A stretch of DNA of 63,644 nt, counting the filler, from Olpidium bornovanus S191 (taxonomy: Eukaryota > Fungi > Olpidiomycota), in assembly GCA_017911155.1 (NCBI GenBank). It is 27 parts of 27 records of this genome, joined end to end, with 100 filler letters (N's around TTAATTAATTAA, not from the genome) between each part and the next. Parts side by side here need not be neighbours in the genome. Positions count along the whole stretch, not along the records: positions 1 to 2,853 come from JAEFCI010001580.1; positions 2,954 to 5,887 come from JAEFCI010001952.1; positions 5,988 to 7,172 come from JAEFCI010008907.1; positions 7,273 to 9,299 come from JAEFCI010005099.1; positions 9,400 to 12,685 come from JAEFCI010002354.1; positions 12,786 to 23,036 come from JAEFCI010001752.1; 21 more parts are not named here. One strand, 5' to 3'. The translations under genes were made by a program, and so were the position numbers. The notes under the pieces are model-generated. The model worked only from the letters and a program-made list of their open reading frames with translations, was not told where the DNA came from and ran no database searches. Of the stretch, positions 1 through 13,400 are shown in pieces. Position 1 is the stretch's first letter, and each line of letters opens with the position of its first letter.

Positions 1-716
1 CATGAGACCGATCCGACTCTCGGCCCGAAGGGCTCCGCGTCTTACGCGCCATAACGAGCCGCGGTAAAATTTGCCCTCTATCCCCCCCGCCCGCGGGTGT
101 TTGTGTGGTATGCGGGATTGACCTGGCTGGGGCCGCCAATTGCCATCAAAAACGCCGAAACGTTCTTTCCGGCTCCGCCCCTTTCCCCTTCCCGTCGGGT
201 TCACGTTTTGGCCGAGCTTGCACATCGCACTTTTGGCGCTAGCAAGGTCCCCCCCCCTCCCCTTTACCCACCGGAGTTTTTCCCGCCAATGCCCGAGAAT
301 GCAGGCTGTCATCTGTGTTTTTCTGTTTGCTCTTTCTCTGGGCTCGCGTCCCCCCCCCCCTCTTCCGTCGGTGGTCTTCCCTGAATTGCGGGAAAAAAGG
401 AAAAAAGGAAAAGTACAGCGCGAAAGGCCTTTTCCCCCGGCAGGCCGCGTCCTACTGCGACTCTGTTGCAGTCCCCGCGTGGAAACGATCTCGGGAAGCA
501 GGAGGCGGGAGGTTTGGCTTGCATCCCGGCCCCCCGCGGCTTGGCGTGGGTGGGAACGCGGAGGGCGACGGGCGGGCGGGCGCGCGGGGGTGGCACGCGC
601 GCGCCGGACCGCGCGTTCGGGGCAAGGGGCGTGCGCCGCGCGGCGACGCGCACCTTTCTCACACGCACGCACACAAACTCTCTCCTCCGCTGTTACCGCC
701 CCGCCGCGCTCACGCA

Positions 717-2388
717 ATGATCCGGTCCGCCCCGCCGGCCCCTGCGGCAGGCGGGAACGATGGCGCCGAGGATCGCGCCGTGGTGCGTCCGGTGGCGCCT
801 GCTGCGAAGGCTGCGGACGGCGGATCCGGGACGCGCGAGAGCCAGCCGCTTGCTTCCCGGCCGTCGTCGGCCGGGGGCCGCCCGCCGATCTCGACGACGC
901 CCGCGGTCGGCTCGTTCGCCCTCCGAAACGACTGGCGGCTGCCGCCGCCTAAGCCTCCGCCGTCACGTCTCGTGCCCGATCCGCCGATCGCAGCGGGTCG
1001 GCTCCGCGCTTCGCCCACAGCGTCGCTGAGCTCCGCTCAGTTGGCAGCCGCCGCCGCCGCTGCTTCCGCTTCCGCTGCCGCCGCCGCCGCCGCCGCTGCC
1101 GCCGCGTCGGAGGAGATTCTCCGTCTCCCGGCGTCCCCCTCGCCGCTTTCCTCTCCCGTCGGCGCCGGCGGTGCCCGCGAAGAAACGCTTTCGGATGCTG
1201 TCGGGCGGAGAGAAAGCCGGCCGGGAACCGCGCCGCCGGGTCTCTGCCCGGCCGCCCCCGAAACGCTCGCGGCGGCGCCCACAGCGGTTGCGCCCGTCGC
1301 CGGCCCAGGTCAGCAAGCCGCGCGGGCGGCGGCGGCGGCGGCAGCGGCGGCGGGCGGCGCCACGTTGCATTACCCTGCTCGCCACGTCCAGTCCGCGCCC
1401 GGCGCCGCGGCGGAACTCTCCCGGCCGGAACCGCCGGCGACGGGCCGCGCCGAAGACGGGCCGGCCGGTTCGCATCCCGCCGCGCCGCTGCGGCCCCTGG
1501 AAACGGGCGCGCTGCCGGCCCCCGCCGGAGCCTGCAAATCTCCGACGCGGCCGGCCGGCGCCGTCACGTTTCCCGCCGCCGCGCCGCCGCCGCCGCTGCC
1601 GCAGCCCGCGGCGGCGAACCCCGAAAAAAGACAGCCGCCCCAGGGGCAGCAGCGGAAGCTCTCCGCTCACAAGGAAGAGTGGCCTCCCGCGCCGCCGGAG
1701 GAGGCCGCGGACCCGGCGCCCGCCGCCGCGATGCACTGGTCGCGGGCGGTCACCTACGGCGACAAACCCGGCCCCGTGCGGGCGCACACGGCGACGGTGG
1801 TCGGGGACCTACTCTACGTGATCGGCGGTTGCGACGAGAAGGCGTGCCTCAACGACGTCTTCGTGTTTGACACGGGTGAGGTGGGGCGGACGGGGAAAGG
1901 GCGGGGGAACGGGGGGGGGAGGGGGGGGGGCCGGGATCGGGGTTCGCAGTTTCGGGAACGGTCGACCGTTCCTTAGGAGTGTTTTTTTTTGTGGGGCGAA
2001 ACAATTTATTTGTTTATTTCTGTTTTTTTAGTTTTTATTGTTTGGTTCTATTTTTTTTAATTTTTTCTTATTTTTATTTTTTACTGTTTTTATAATTTTC
2101 TTGTTCACTTCTATTCTTCTGATTTTTGTTTGTTTCCATTTTTTTAATTTTTTTGTTTATTTCCGTTTTTCTACTTTGTTTGTCCTTTGGATTTTTTTTT
2201 TGTTTATTTTTTTTTTCTTTTCTTTCCACATTGAGCAGAGACGCTGTACTGGACGAAACCCGACGTCAGCGGTGATGTCCCGCCTCCGTGCCGCGCCCAT
2301 TCGGCCGAGTTGGTCGACAGGAACATTTACCTGTTCGGCGGAGGCAACGGGCCAAGTTACTTCGGCGATCTTTACTGCTTGGACACCG
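717..2388 (+). CDS. Kelch-repeat protein with long Pro/Ala-rich N-terminus, 3' partial
   Basis: Kelch blades HWSRAVTYGDKPGPVRAHTATVVGDLLYVIGGCDEKACLNDVFVFDT (exon ends 1875, GTGAG donor) and TLYWTKPDVSGDVPPPCRAHSAELVDRNIYLFGGGNGPSYFGDLYCLDT (2239-2388, CAG acceptor, GTGAG donor). Start codon uncertain (717 or 1731). Confidence 0.8.
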
Positions 2389-2529
2389 GTGAGACTGCAA
2401 AACCGGCTGCCGGGACTCTCAGGGAGGACGAGGGGGGAGGGGGAGGGGGGGGGGAAGTGGGGAGGGGTCGGATGGCCGTTAGGGTTCCGTCCTGAAAGCA
2501 TCTCCGTTTTCCTTCCCCGCCCGCACTCC

Positions 2530-2581
<52 letters not shown>

Positions 2582-2953
2582 GAGGCGGGGGGGGGGGCGC
2601 CCGGGGGGGGGCCCCCCCCCCCCCCCGCCCCCCCCCGCACGCAAGAGCTCGGAGCCCCGCGTGGGAACCGTGCGGGAAGGGACTGGACGCACCGCATCGA
2701 CGGACGCGACGTCAAACGACGGCTTTGCCGTCTGTCACAGGCGCACGCCTGCAGGCCGCTCTAGTCACGTGCCTGGCCACTAGACACACCAAGGTGCGCC
2801 TACCCCGCGGTGTGGCCCCCGTCCCCGTCACATGACCCACATGGGCCCGCCCANNNNNNNNNNNNNNNNNNNNNNNNNNNNNNNNNNNNNNNNNNNNTTA
2901 ATTAATTAANNNNNNNNNNNNNNNNNNNNNNNNNNNNNNNNNNNNNNNNNNNN

Positions 2954-3261
<308 letters not shown>

Positions 3262-3971
3262 TCAACATCATCACGTAACATTTACGTTTATGTTCGTAGT
3301 TGATGCAGTGCTTGCCTATCCACTTGCCCGCCTTCCCCGCCCCCCCACCCCCCCCCCCCTCCCCCTCTCACGGGGTGACGCGCGCGCGAGCAACATGTTC
3401 CAAGGCGAGCAAAACTTTCCGCAATTCTCATCCCCCCTCTCCCCTTCTTCTCCGGGCCGCTTGGGCGAAAAACCGGGGGAAAAAAACGACTACCCGACAC
3501 TCCCTCGAAAGCGAAAAAAAAAATAATTGACGGCCGCGCTTGGAAAACTTAAAGCTGTAAAGTTAACGCCCGTGTGTAGTGATGAAAGTGTGGCTGAAAC
3601 GCAACAAAGACTTATCAAAAACGCATGTGCGGCGGAAAATGGGTTGGGGGTGGGACAAGAAGGAGCTGCAAGGGGGTGATCGCACAGTAGTTGCCGTGAA
3701 CGGAGAGAGGGGGCCCAGGCGCCGTAGAGTGGAATTGTAACTTACCACCATGTTCAATAAAAGGGGAGGGGACGACGATCCGGACTTCCCATATATGCAG
3801 ATGCAGCTTTCTGGGACGGCGGAAGACAACAACGGCGCATTCAGGACAACCAGCAAAAAAAAAAACTAGTTTAGCAACCGGCTGACCGGCCGGCACAGGT
3901 CTCGAAACGCCGGCACACACGTGACGACGACCAAGCAGCTTACCTTTATCGGGGCGACCGTTGCGCGGAGC

Positions 3972-4980
3972 TCACCGGATGGCAAACAAAAACAGCCTGC
4001 CGCCCTCCGCGGCGATGGTCTTCCGGAGGTCGTCGTCCGACCGCAGCCGGACGAAGCTGCGGCGCGATCCGGCCTTGTGGGCCAGCACCAGGTCGTCGTG
4101 AGCGTCGAGCCGCTCGGAGACGCTACGGACCAGCTCCGACAACTGATGTCCGCCCGCACGTGCATCACGATGATCTCGTCGCTGCAAATCACTTTGATCT
4201 TCACCTTCAGGAGGCAAACACCGAAAGAGGTGGGGATGGCGGCGGCGCGGGGGCGCAGGGTATCAAATCTCCGGAACAGGAAAATTCAAACCGGTATAGA
4301 TGCGCTAAAGAAAAGCACGCGCCAAATCGTGTCGATCCGGCCTTTTGAGGAGTCTTCGTCCGCGGATGGCCCATTCGCCGCCAGTCTTCGCTCCGTGCCA
4401 GGCTTTGCAGGCGGGATCAGGACGTCGAACTGCGCTGCAGCCCAGGTGGCGATTTCGGAGGCTGCGGTCTCCCAAGGGGCAAGCGGGACCTCGAAACTCT
4501 CCTCCGCCGCGCCCGCGCCCGAGCGGGCGTTCAGCAACCGGCTTCTGCGCTCCCGCACCGCGCCTACGACGTCAGAGTTCTGCATCACCGGGGAGTCAGA
4601 CGTCGACGTCACCGTCGAGGCGATGTGCGTTCCGGACGACGCCGAGCTAGAGGAAGTCGGCAAAGTGGAGTGCGAGCTGGGATCCATAAGATACGACGCC
4701 GCCCCTTTGCGCTTTTTCACGTCGTCCAAAACATCCCCCGCCTCGGATTTCTGCTCCCTCGCCAAGCCCTCGTAATCTAATCCGCCGCCGTCCGTCCGAA
4801 CGCGAAAATTTTTTTCCAAGGCGCGATCGTCCAAGGTGCACAGAGAAAGCTTGATTATTTCCTGCAAGTACGCGGAGAGCTGAAAACTCCGCTGGAACGT
4901 GGCCTCGCCCGTCACGCTGGTGCGCGGATCTGGCATGTACGGCAAAACGCGCGGCTCGCCCTCCTTCCCGGCTTCCTTCT
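3972..4980 (-). CDS. BEM1: Bem1/Scd2-like polarity scaffold, C-terminal part (end of PX domain + PB1 domain); apparent 1-nt frameshift in PB1
   Basis: EAGKEGEPRVLPYMPDPRTSVTGEATFQRSFQLSAYLQEIIKL resembles the Bem1 PX C-terminus. After an intron, VKIKVICSDEIIVMHVRADIS / SELVRSVSERLDAHDDLVLAHKAGSRRSFVRLRSDDDLRKTI has the PB1 beta1 Lys and an acidic OPCA-like motif. Confidence 0.7.
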
Positions 4981-5987
4981 GAATTGGTGGGACAGTGTTT
5001 CGCTCGACAAGACCGCTTACTACGAATACACAAAGGGTATCAGCAATGCGGTGTCTGTGGTGTATGCAATGTCATTTAAATTTCCTACCATCTATGTGTC
5101 TTCTCCAATCGCAGTTGGGCAACCACAAGTAGTTGCTCCACTCTTCGCATTGAACCGAGGTTCATCTCCGTTCCCGGTCGAACCGACGTAGGACCCGGAA
5201 CCCCAGGCTCCAATGGTTCGTCTTCATCAGAGACCGAAAAAGGCGGTTCCCTCGAAGTCAAATTACTACTACGAGTGCTCATGGTCGGCTGGCTTGTACG
5301 TTCTTATGTCGCTGCGCTCTCGGAGTCTCGCCGTCACTCGTAATTTCCCATCAGGGGTTTGTCGTTCTTTCTCGTCGCGCCAGTATTGTCGTTGCTTTAC
5401 ACCGCTGCCGCTCTTCGTCGGGGGGTTTGTCGCCACACGTCTTCGTCCGATCTCGCCACTTCTTGACACCGTTTCTGTTGCTCTACGTTGTCGTTGCTCT
5501 ACGCCGCTCTACGTCAGGGATTTGTCTTGGTCCGTCGTCGTCGTTTCTTGTCGTCGTCCAATTTCGTCGCTTCTCGTCGCCGTCGCGATACGCCGGGGGT
5601 TCGTCGTCGCCCCGGCACAGTCGCATTGTACTCTGACAATTTCAGCACCGATTCTACGAGTGACTTACTGCCGGGGAGCGCCAGCTATTGCAGAACGAGG
5701 GGAGTTCTCAGGGCGGCGCCGGGCATTTCACTCGTATGGCCGTTCTCCCTTCTTTCCCTCTTTGTACATGCGGTGTGAGGTTGAGTTTTGAACGGGGGTG
5801 GGGTGAATGCGCGAGTGGTTCGGAGCACGGGAAGAATTCTCGTACGAAAGGAGAAGGACTTTCAGGGAGGGGTTCGCAGCGCGTCCANNNNNNNNNNNNN
5901 NNNNNNNNNNNNNNNNNNNNNNNNNNNNNNNTTAATTAATTAANNNNNNNNNNNNNNNNNNNNNNNNNNNNNNNNNNNNNNNNNNNN

Positions 5988-7005
5988 CATGCATTTGCTC
6001 GAGGGTCACGTTCGGAATCAATTTGTACGCGCAGCCACACGTCGGGCAGCGGATAGGGTCGCTTTCCTCGCACACCTCGACGACCCTCAACCACATAATA
6101 GGATGGGAGTCCGAGGGCCATCCTAAATTTCCGTTTGGATAAGGTGCAAGCGCGATAACGACGTGTGAGTTCTTAAACCGGTACGAAAGCAGCCGCCTGA
6201 CCCGTCCTCGCACAGCTGAAATCAAACGACCGCATCCGAACGTAGAAGTGGTTTGAAAATTACCGGTGCAGCCAACAATGCGGTAATCGAACGCAGACTT
6301 GATGATGCGGGGCCTCTTCCTGGTGCCGTAATATGTGGGCTTTTGCTTCCTTTCTGGATAGAACCAGTCGAAGCCTTGGACCTTGGCGAGGTACTCGATA
6401 CGGTCTAAACCAGTAAGCTGGTCAAACTCGGTGGGCACCGCGCCGGGAGCACCTCCTATAAAACACGACAGGGACAGGCAGACACGCGTGAGACCGAAGA
6501 CGAGCAAGAAATGAACGGTCGAAAAACCAGCAGCAAAACAAAAGTCAACAGCAACTCACCAGGTCCAACGAAAATCGGCATCTCTTCATCATGGTCATCG
6601 TGGTCGCCGCCTACGGAAGGCCCACGGGAGAGCGGCAGAGAGGGAAAGAGAAAATATGTCAGCTTGGCAGGAGTACGCTAAAGGCATGTACGCGTTTGGA
6701 GCAAACACGATCACTGCTAGAAGGCATCAGTTAAGCGGTTGTCGCCGCTTAAAATTTTTTCTGGCCTGCTACGGCGGAAAGGTGGAAGCAGCTACCGTCT
6801 TTTTTTTTGGTTTTGTTTTTTTGCGCAAACTAAAAGGGTCGGACGGGATTCCACCTCCCCGGGACCGTGGGAACGTACTTTTGGCAGTGGCTGAGCGCGA
6901 GAATGCCCTCCCGGCAACAGACACGCCGCCGGCTGCCGCCCACGGAGCGCGGGCGCGCGCCGGGAGGGCGAAAGCCTTCGCCAAAACGGCGGCGCGCGTG
7001 AACAT
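5988..7005 (-). CDS. COX4: Cytochrome c oxidase subunit IV (fungal Cox4 / COX5B family), 4 exons
   Basis: Presequence MFTRAAVLAKAFALPARARAP (ATG 7005), then MPIFVGPG|GAPGAVPTEFDQLTGLDRIEYLAKVQG...YRIVGCTG|...SHPIMW...RCPTCGCAYKL with the Zn ligands retained. Confidence 0.92.
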
Positions 7006-7273
7006 CAGGTGGCGTCTCTTCCGAGGTCAAACAAACCGTGCGGTGGGCGCGTGGAGTCCCCCGGTTTGCGCAGCGGGCGAAGGGAGGAGGGGGGGAGGAC
7101 CGGTGTGGTGCGGGGGGGGGGGGGGGGGGGGTGAAAAATTACCCTGCCCCCCCCCCCCCGGGGGGGGGGGAANNNNNNNNNNNNNNNNNNNNNNNNNNNN
7201 NNNNNNNNNNNNNNNNTTAATTAATTAANNNNNNNNNNNNNNNNNNNNNNNNNNNNNNNNNNNNNNNNNNNNA

Positions 7274-7312
<39 letters not shown>

Positions 7313-7416
7313 ACCACCACCACCACCATCCGCCGACGCACGTTCCCGAAACCGAATAAAAAGAAAAGGCGAACCCGAGTTTAGATCCACCCCCGGGTTC
7401 TTGCACGAATTCCACG

Positions 7417-8176
7417 ATGGTGAAACTCCAAACCCTCTTCTGCTTCGCTGCCTCTCTCGTCGCCGTGGGAGCGGCCATGGCCCAGGAGGCTCCGCCGCCT
7501 CCGGGACCTCCGAGCCAGGAGCCGGGACCAGAGCCAGCGGAACCCACCGCCGCCGGCAACGAGACGGCCGGCCCGTTGTCGGTTCCCACCGACTTAACGG
7601 TCACCGTCCCGAGCCAGGTCGTCTCCACAAGCACCTCCATCAACATTTTTGTCACGAGCGTTGCCGAAGAGACTACCCTGGTCCGCACGTTCGCCTTCCC
7701 CACGCCCGTTTGATACGATGCGCCCGCCATTCGGGGAACGAACGAAAGCTAATCAAAACGCGCGCTGGAACTTCTTTTTTGATTTTTTTTTCTTTTTTTT
7801 TTTCCTCGCTCCTCTTCCTCCTTCTTGCCCCAACCAGGTCGCCGTGCCCTCGACGGCTGTCAGCGCCGTCACCGACGTCAGCGTCGAGCAGACCAGCACG
7901 GTGTTGACGCAGGAGTCCACCTCTACGGAAGTCGTGCTCGCCACGCCGATCCCAGGCCCTGACGAGTCTCCCGCGTCTCCGGGCGACATCCCGCCTCCCT
8001 CGACCTCGACCCCCGCGGCCGACTCGACAACCCCGACCCCCGCCGTAGACAGCGCAAGTGCCGCCGGTCCCTCCCCGACGCCCACCGGCAGTTTCGCCAA
8101 CGCCGCCGTCGCCCCGGCGTTCGGTGCGATTGTCGGCCTTGCCGGAGCCGGACTGGTGGCCGTCAATGCCTTCTAA
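7417..8176 (+). CDS. Secreted Ser/Thr/Pro-rich, probably GPI-anchored surface protein (2 exons, intron 7708-7837)
   Basis: Signal peptide MVKLQTLFCFAASLVAVGAAMA; S/T/P-rich body; C-terminal GSFANAAVAPAFGAIVGLAGAGLVAVNAF* resembles an omega site plus hydrophobic tail; GT..AG intron in phase 0. Confidence 0.75.
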
Positions 8177-9573
8177 AATAGACATAAAATAAATTCTAAA
8201 CGGGGAAAAATAGCTGATTTCCTAACCCGCCTCCCTATCTAGTGGACCGACCCCATTCCTTTTTCCGCCTTATTTGTCGTTATACGGATAGCCTCCTCCG
8301 CCCCCTGGCGCCTTTACCTTTCTCTCCGTTCGGTTCCTATACCACTCTGGCCACTAGACCTTACTAGACCCTTATTCCCCGCCTCTTATACTAAAATAAA
8401 GAAAAAAAATGAAAGAAAAATTAACGTCACCCGGGCGGCGACAAAATTTAAAGTTTGAGCCCGTTTGAAAATTGCTCCTGCCGATGTGGTCGACGCGTGC
8501 ACGTTCTTGGGTCGCCGGGCTTGTTGCTCATGCTCTTTCTTCCTCTGTCACTCCTGAGACCTTCTATTTGTTTTCCAGTCATGATCCCCGGCACAAAAAT
8601 GTTTTCTCTTGCTCGGATTTATACTTCAGATGTGTTGTGGACCTTCCTGTTTTGGCGTCCATGAAAGTTATGGAATACTTTGCTCGCAGTACAAGCAGCT
8701 CTGGCGGAATTCGTCATGCAGCTGTTGAACACGCCGAGCGAACTCTAAAACACACTGGCTGCGACATTACGCGGGGAGCTCAGAGGGCTCGGGAAAACGT
8801 TTTTTCGTATAACTGGCGTCCGAAGACGAATCATGCCAACGCATATGTACAAGTTCTGGGAAATAACGCAAAAATCCGTGAGCGGACGGAGATCGCATTT
8901 GGCAACCCTCCGCCGTCCTTGTCACAAAGCAAAATTTGTCTGGGAGACGGCTACAGGTCGTGCTGCCCGTTTCAACCGTCAGCCGTCCAGCTCGGTGATT
9001 TCCATCTCGGATTTCTTGATCAGCTCGGATACGTTTACGGTGACATCTGAATAGGAACGCCACTAAGGCGCGCTGGCGTCAGACAAGTCGCGCTCTCAAC
9101 GCCAGTCCTCGGGCGTTCTCCTGATATCGGCGAGAGCCATTTCTGGTAATTCTAAACCAGCAGTCCCGGATGAACCTCCCTTTCTTTCTGCCGCCGTTCC
9201 ACACCACCCCGTCCCCTTTTTTCAACTACGGATCCTAACCGCTCCGCAGGGACTTCACCTTCTCCGGCATCCATCCTCGCCTTCAGCTTCAGCAGCATGN
9301 NNNNNNNNNNNNNNNNNNNNNNNNNNNNNNNNNNNNNNNNNNNTTAATTAATTAANNNNNNNNNNNNNNNNNNNNNNNNNNNNNNNNNNNNNNNNNNNNC
9401 AAAGGCGCGCAGGGCTAGGTATACTTAAACGAAATGTAACCCGTTGACTTCCGTTTGCGAGATGCGCAGGTCGACTGTATTGATGGTAAGGAGTCGGGCG
9501 TTAGGAAAGATATATCCATGCCGACTTTTTAGGACTTACATTGTTGATTTTTGTACTTATTGGCGCCCTGCAG

Positions 9574-10423
9574 GCGTAAAATCCGCAGACCCCATTGACC
9601 AATACGTCGAATTGAAGACCTCAAAGGTCATCAACTCCGACCGGGACGCGTTTATGTTTGAGAAGTGAGTGGAGAACCGCGCTTGCGGCACGACTTTTCA
9701 TGCTGACCGCCGGATTGACGTTTCTGGTTTACTCAGACATAAGCTCATCAAATTTTGGGCCCAGTGAGTCACCGATGCCTACTTTTTTGGTTGGGGGGGG
9801 GGTGCGTAGATTTTGCGGTTGAGAGAGGCACTCCACAATGCAATACGCTGGGATTTTCGGTGCCACTGCGTTCCGTGCTCGAGTCGACCGCGATCGGGAA
9901 TGGCAGGTTTCTCGAAGCCAGCGGAAGTTGCCGTAGTAATCGCCTGTATATTCATTCTTTCTCCGCTTCCGAACCCCTTTTCCCACCTCCTTTCCCCGGC
10001 CCGGGCTGGCCTCCTTCCCACTTCGCACGCTTTCCCAGGTCATTCCTCCCGGGCATCCCGCGGGTAGTGGTTGGCTTTCGGCGTGAGGACGGCACGGTGG
10101 CTTCGATACGCGAGTTTCGAACGCTGGAGATCCCGCGGCTTGTCCGCGGCAAGCACGGGATGTGGGACGCGGCGGTCTGCGTGAATTTCGCGGACGAGCT
10201 GCTGGACTTCCTGAGGTCTACGATTGAGGCCGAATCCGGAGAACAGGAACGAACGGGAGGAGGAGGAGGAGGAGGAGGAGGAGTAGGAGGCAACCCGAGG
10301 GTGACGTGGACCGTGCGCATCCGGTGTCCTTTTCGCGAGGTCGAGCTTGTGAGCGAGGGGGAGAAGAACGGGTTCTTGGCCGAACGGTATATCAGGGCCG
10401 TCGACGGTTTCGACGCGCGATAG
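9574..10423 (+). CDS. RAI1: Rai1/DXO decapping nuclease, 3' part
   Basis: YVELKTSKVI...FE|KLIKFWAQ|SFLPGIPRVVVGFRREDGTVASI matches the RAI1/DXO EhKT and KxWxQSFLxGhpxhhhGFR motifs; three exons with GTGAG donors. Confidence 0.88.
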
Positions 10424-13400
10424 CTGTGAAATCGGGACCGACCGCTCCGTGCGGGTGGTGGGCGGGAGCCCAGAATCATCTCATTGTTCTACCTGGACAA
10501 GGCCCCAAAGGTTATGTAGCGGATGGAAAGCCTCGTCCCTCCACATTTCCGATATCTTTCGTCGTATAACTTTGGATTGGAATATGGAGTCTGATTCCCG
10601 CTTGCAGCAAATATTTCCCAAACGCGACGTTTCTGGCCGGCGTCGTTTTAATCTCGCTTGTTTCTGCTCGGCGTCGTCCTGTTCGACGTCCCTCTGCTCG
10701 GGTTCGCCATTCGTTTGGCCCGTCGCTCCTGCTTGCTATCATTCTGCTGAGTTTGCGTATGGTCAGCAGGGCATGACGCGTAATACCATCCGCCACGCGT
10801 CGCGCCTGCGTGCTCATCAGGGGTGTGTGAAGAAAATCCTCCACAAAGCTGCACGCCCTTCTTCCACGGCCGTTCTTTCTTTCCACATCCGTTCCATTCC
10901 TGGATCGTTGCAGGGGGGCAGATCGTGGCCGGCCGTTACCTGCCGCATAGTTACTTTTAAAAAAAATGTATAACTACGCTTCCGAAATCTGTTTTTTGTC
11001 TACTTCCCGCTGCGCGTCAGCGAGAAAACCACGCGATGCTGAGAAAAGCAGCCAAGGGCAAGTGGCGAATGGAGAGGGCTTCGTGAAGAAGAAGGCCTAT
11101 TGTGGCGAAACAGGGCCAGAAAGCTATTACCAGACGATGGTTGCGCCGGCGGAAGGGGAGCTTTCTTTGTCACTGAGTCGTGGTTCGGTATTCTAGTCAA
11201 CAACCGCCCCCCCCCGCCCCCCCCCCTGCCTTTTTGGGCTTAGAAACAACGGGTTCTTTTGTAGGAGGGCAGACGGCAAATTCTCGATGCTGCGGGTTGT
11301 CGTATGGTGATATGCCCGGGATGGGCTTGTAGCGATTTGATCAGCAGTCTGCACGCAGCGCGATCTGGAGACTTCAGGTTCTGCCTCTGAATTCTGGCTT
11401 AAATTCTGAAAATCTTAACAGGCGAAGGGGTGGATTCCTTCCCCGTGAAAACCCAAAACTCGTCGCAATCAGTATTGTGGGGTCCTTCAATGGTGCCCAA
11501 GACCTGGACCTGAACTCCTGGGTGCAACACTATTTTACACTTGTCCCAACGGTTCCCTCAGAGAAGGACGGAGTGGGAAACCGGAGACGAAATCTTTCGG
11601 AGCTTGTCGTAGGCAGTGTACTCCAGGTCGAAGCCTTCTTCCTGAATCTTGGTGACTGTCCCGACCACAACTGAAAACGTGGGAGGGACTTAGGGCTGGG
11701 TCGATGCCCGTTATGCGGCGGAAAGTTGTCAGACTTGCCGTTCCGGGAGATGGACAGAACTTCACAAAGCTGAAGAGGTCCCCCTCGATTGGTTCCTCCA
11801 GGAGACCATCCGTGATCCAGAGGCTCCTTTCAAAGTGGTAGCCCTCTGGGGTCTGGAACGAGAAGGATCGGAACCGACCCCTGGTCTTCAGCTGGTGTAC
11901 GACCTGGCAGAAACCCTGAAGGACAAACATGCTGCAGAGAGGAGACGAGCAGGAAAAGTGACTGTGCGAGTGCTGTACGAGGACAGCAGAGGACAAGGAA
12001 AAAAACTAGACCAACTCACCCTTTTTATGTCCCTGAAATGGGTGGATCTACCTCGGTAGAAGGGCATGGAGAACGTTTCCCTCCGTCCTTCTTCCTGAGA
12101 TGTTCCCCAGACGTCCTTTCGCTTGAACTTACCCCTCCAGGGGGAGAGAACAAAAGGGGCAAGGGTGAACAGGGGGGTAAGAAGGGGGAGGGGTGAAAAA
12201 GGACCTGGTCGAGATCGTGGTAATGACAGGAACGAGGGGGAAACCCCAGGGAAATGAATCAGGGGGACAAATTAGAACAAAGCAGGGGAAAGGGGGGGGG
12301 GGTTCAGGGGGCCAGAAATGAGGGATAAACAGCCGGGCAAGCATCAAATAACGAATCAGATGAAAAGTGAGGGGGGAAAAGGTGAAACGAAAAGGGGCTG
12401 CATACCCCTGATGTTGACGCGGGGCTTCATCCTTGATGTTTCCTCCAGTCGACTTTACGTTGCTCAACGGGAAAGCTCTGGCCAGCCCCTGATGATGTGC
12501 AGGGGCAAGGAGTATTTGTAATATGCCGGCAAAACGTCGAATTCGGAACCCAAGTTTTATTCTTGTGTGGTGTTCGGGTTTCGTTGTTTTTTACGCGTAC
12601 TCTACGTTACACCTCCCCAAAGCTCGACTTCCAGGAGCTTTTCGCTTCCGTCATTGATTCACATGACGAGTCTCGTACTCTAAAANNNNNNNNNNNNNNN
12701 NNNNNNNNNNNNNNNNNNNNNNNNNNNNNTTAATTAATTAANNNNNNNNNNNNNNNNNNNNNNNNNNNNNNNNNNNNNNNNNNNNCATGTAGCTTATATC
12801 ATTATGTAGGCCTCGCCAAGAGCTTTTGTTGGGCCCAGGATGTCATCTGTAGCACAAATAGGTGAGGAGTAATGATGATTGTAAGTGAAGGTTCTTTGTG
12901 AGATAGGCCTTAACCTTACAACCAACTACGTAAAAGCCACCCTGGTGCCCGTTAATCTTCGATTTGCTACACATCGGTGAGCTTCACTCCCTCAGAGATA
13001 GCGCCAGGGTTACCACTGATATTTACCTGCGCAAGCAACGGAGAACAGGGAGGAATGGAAGGTGGGGACGTGAAGGACATTCTCGAGCAAGAGAGGTTGT
13101 GAACTTGCTTGATTGAGCAAAATAGTCCCCGTTCCCGCGGAGGAGAGGAGGGAACCATTCGCCACTTCAATGTCGGTCACGGCGGTTGTAACAAGTCTAT
13201 TATCTGCTACGCACAGAAAAGTGCTATCGAGGAACAGATTCGGGGGACTTGTGGGATTTCTGGCTAGATCTAGATTGAGGGGTTCGGTAGCGCGGGTTCA
13301 AGGAAAGTTCTGTGCCTTTCAACGTTGATTACGATGTATACAGGCTTATATACGTTGTAGACAAGCATTGCTCGACTACAGGTCTTGGCGCTCGGACGTC

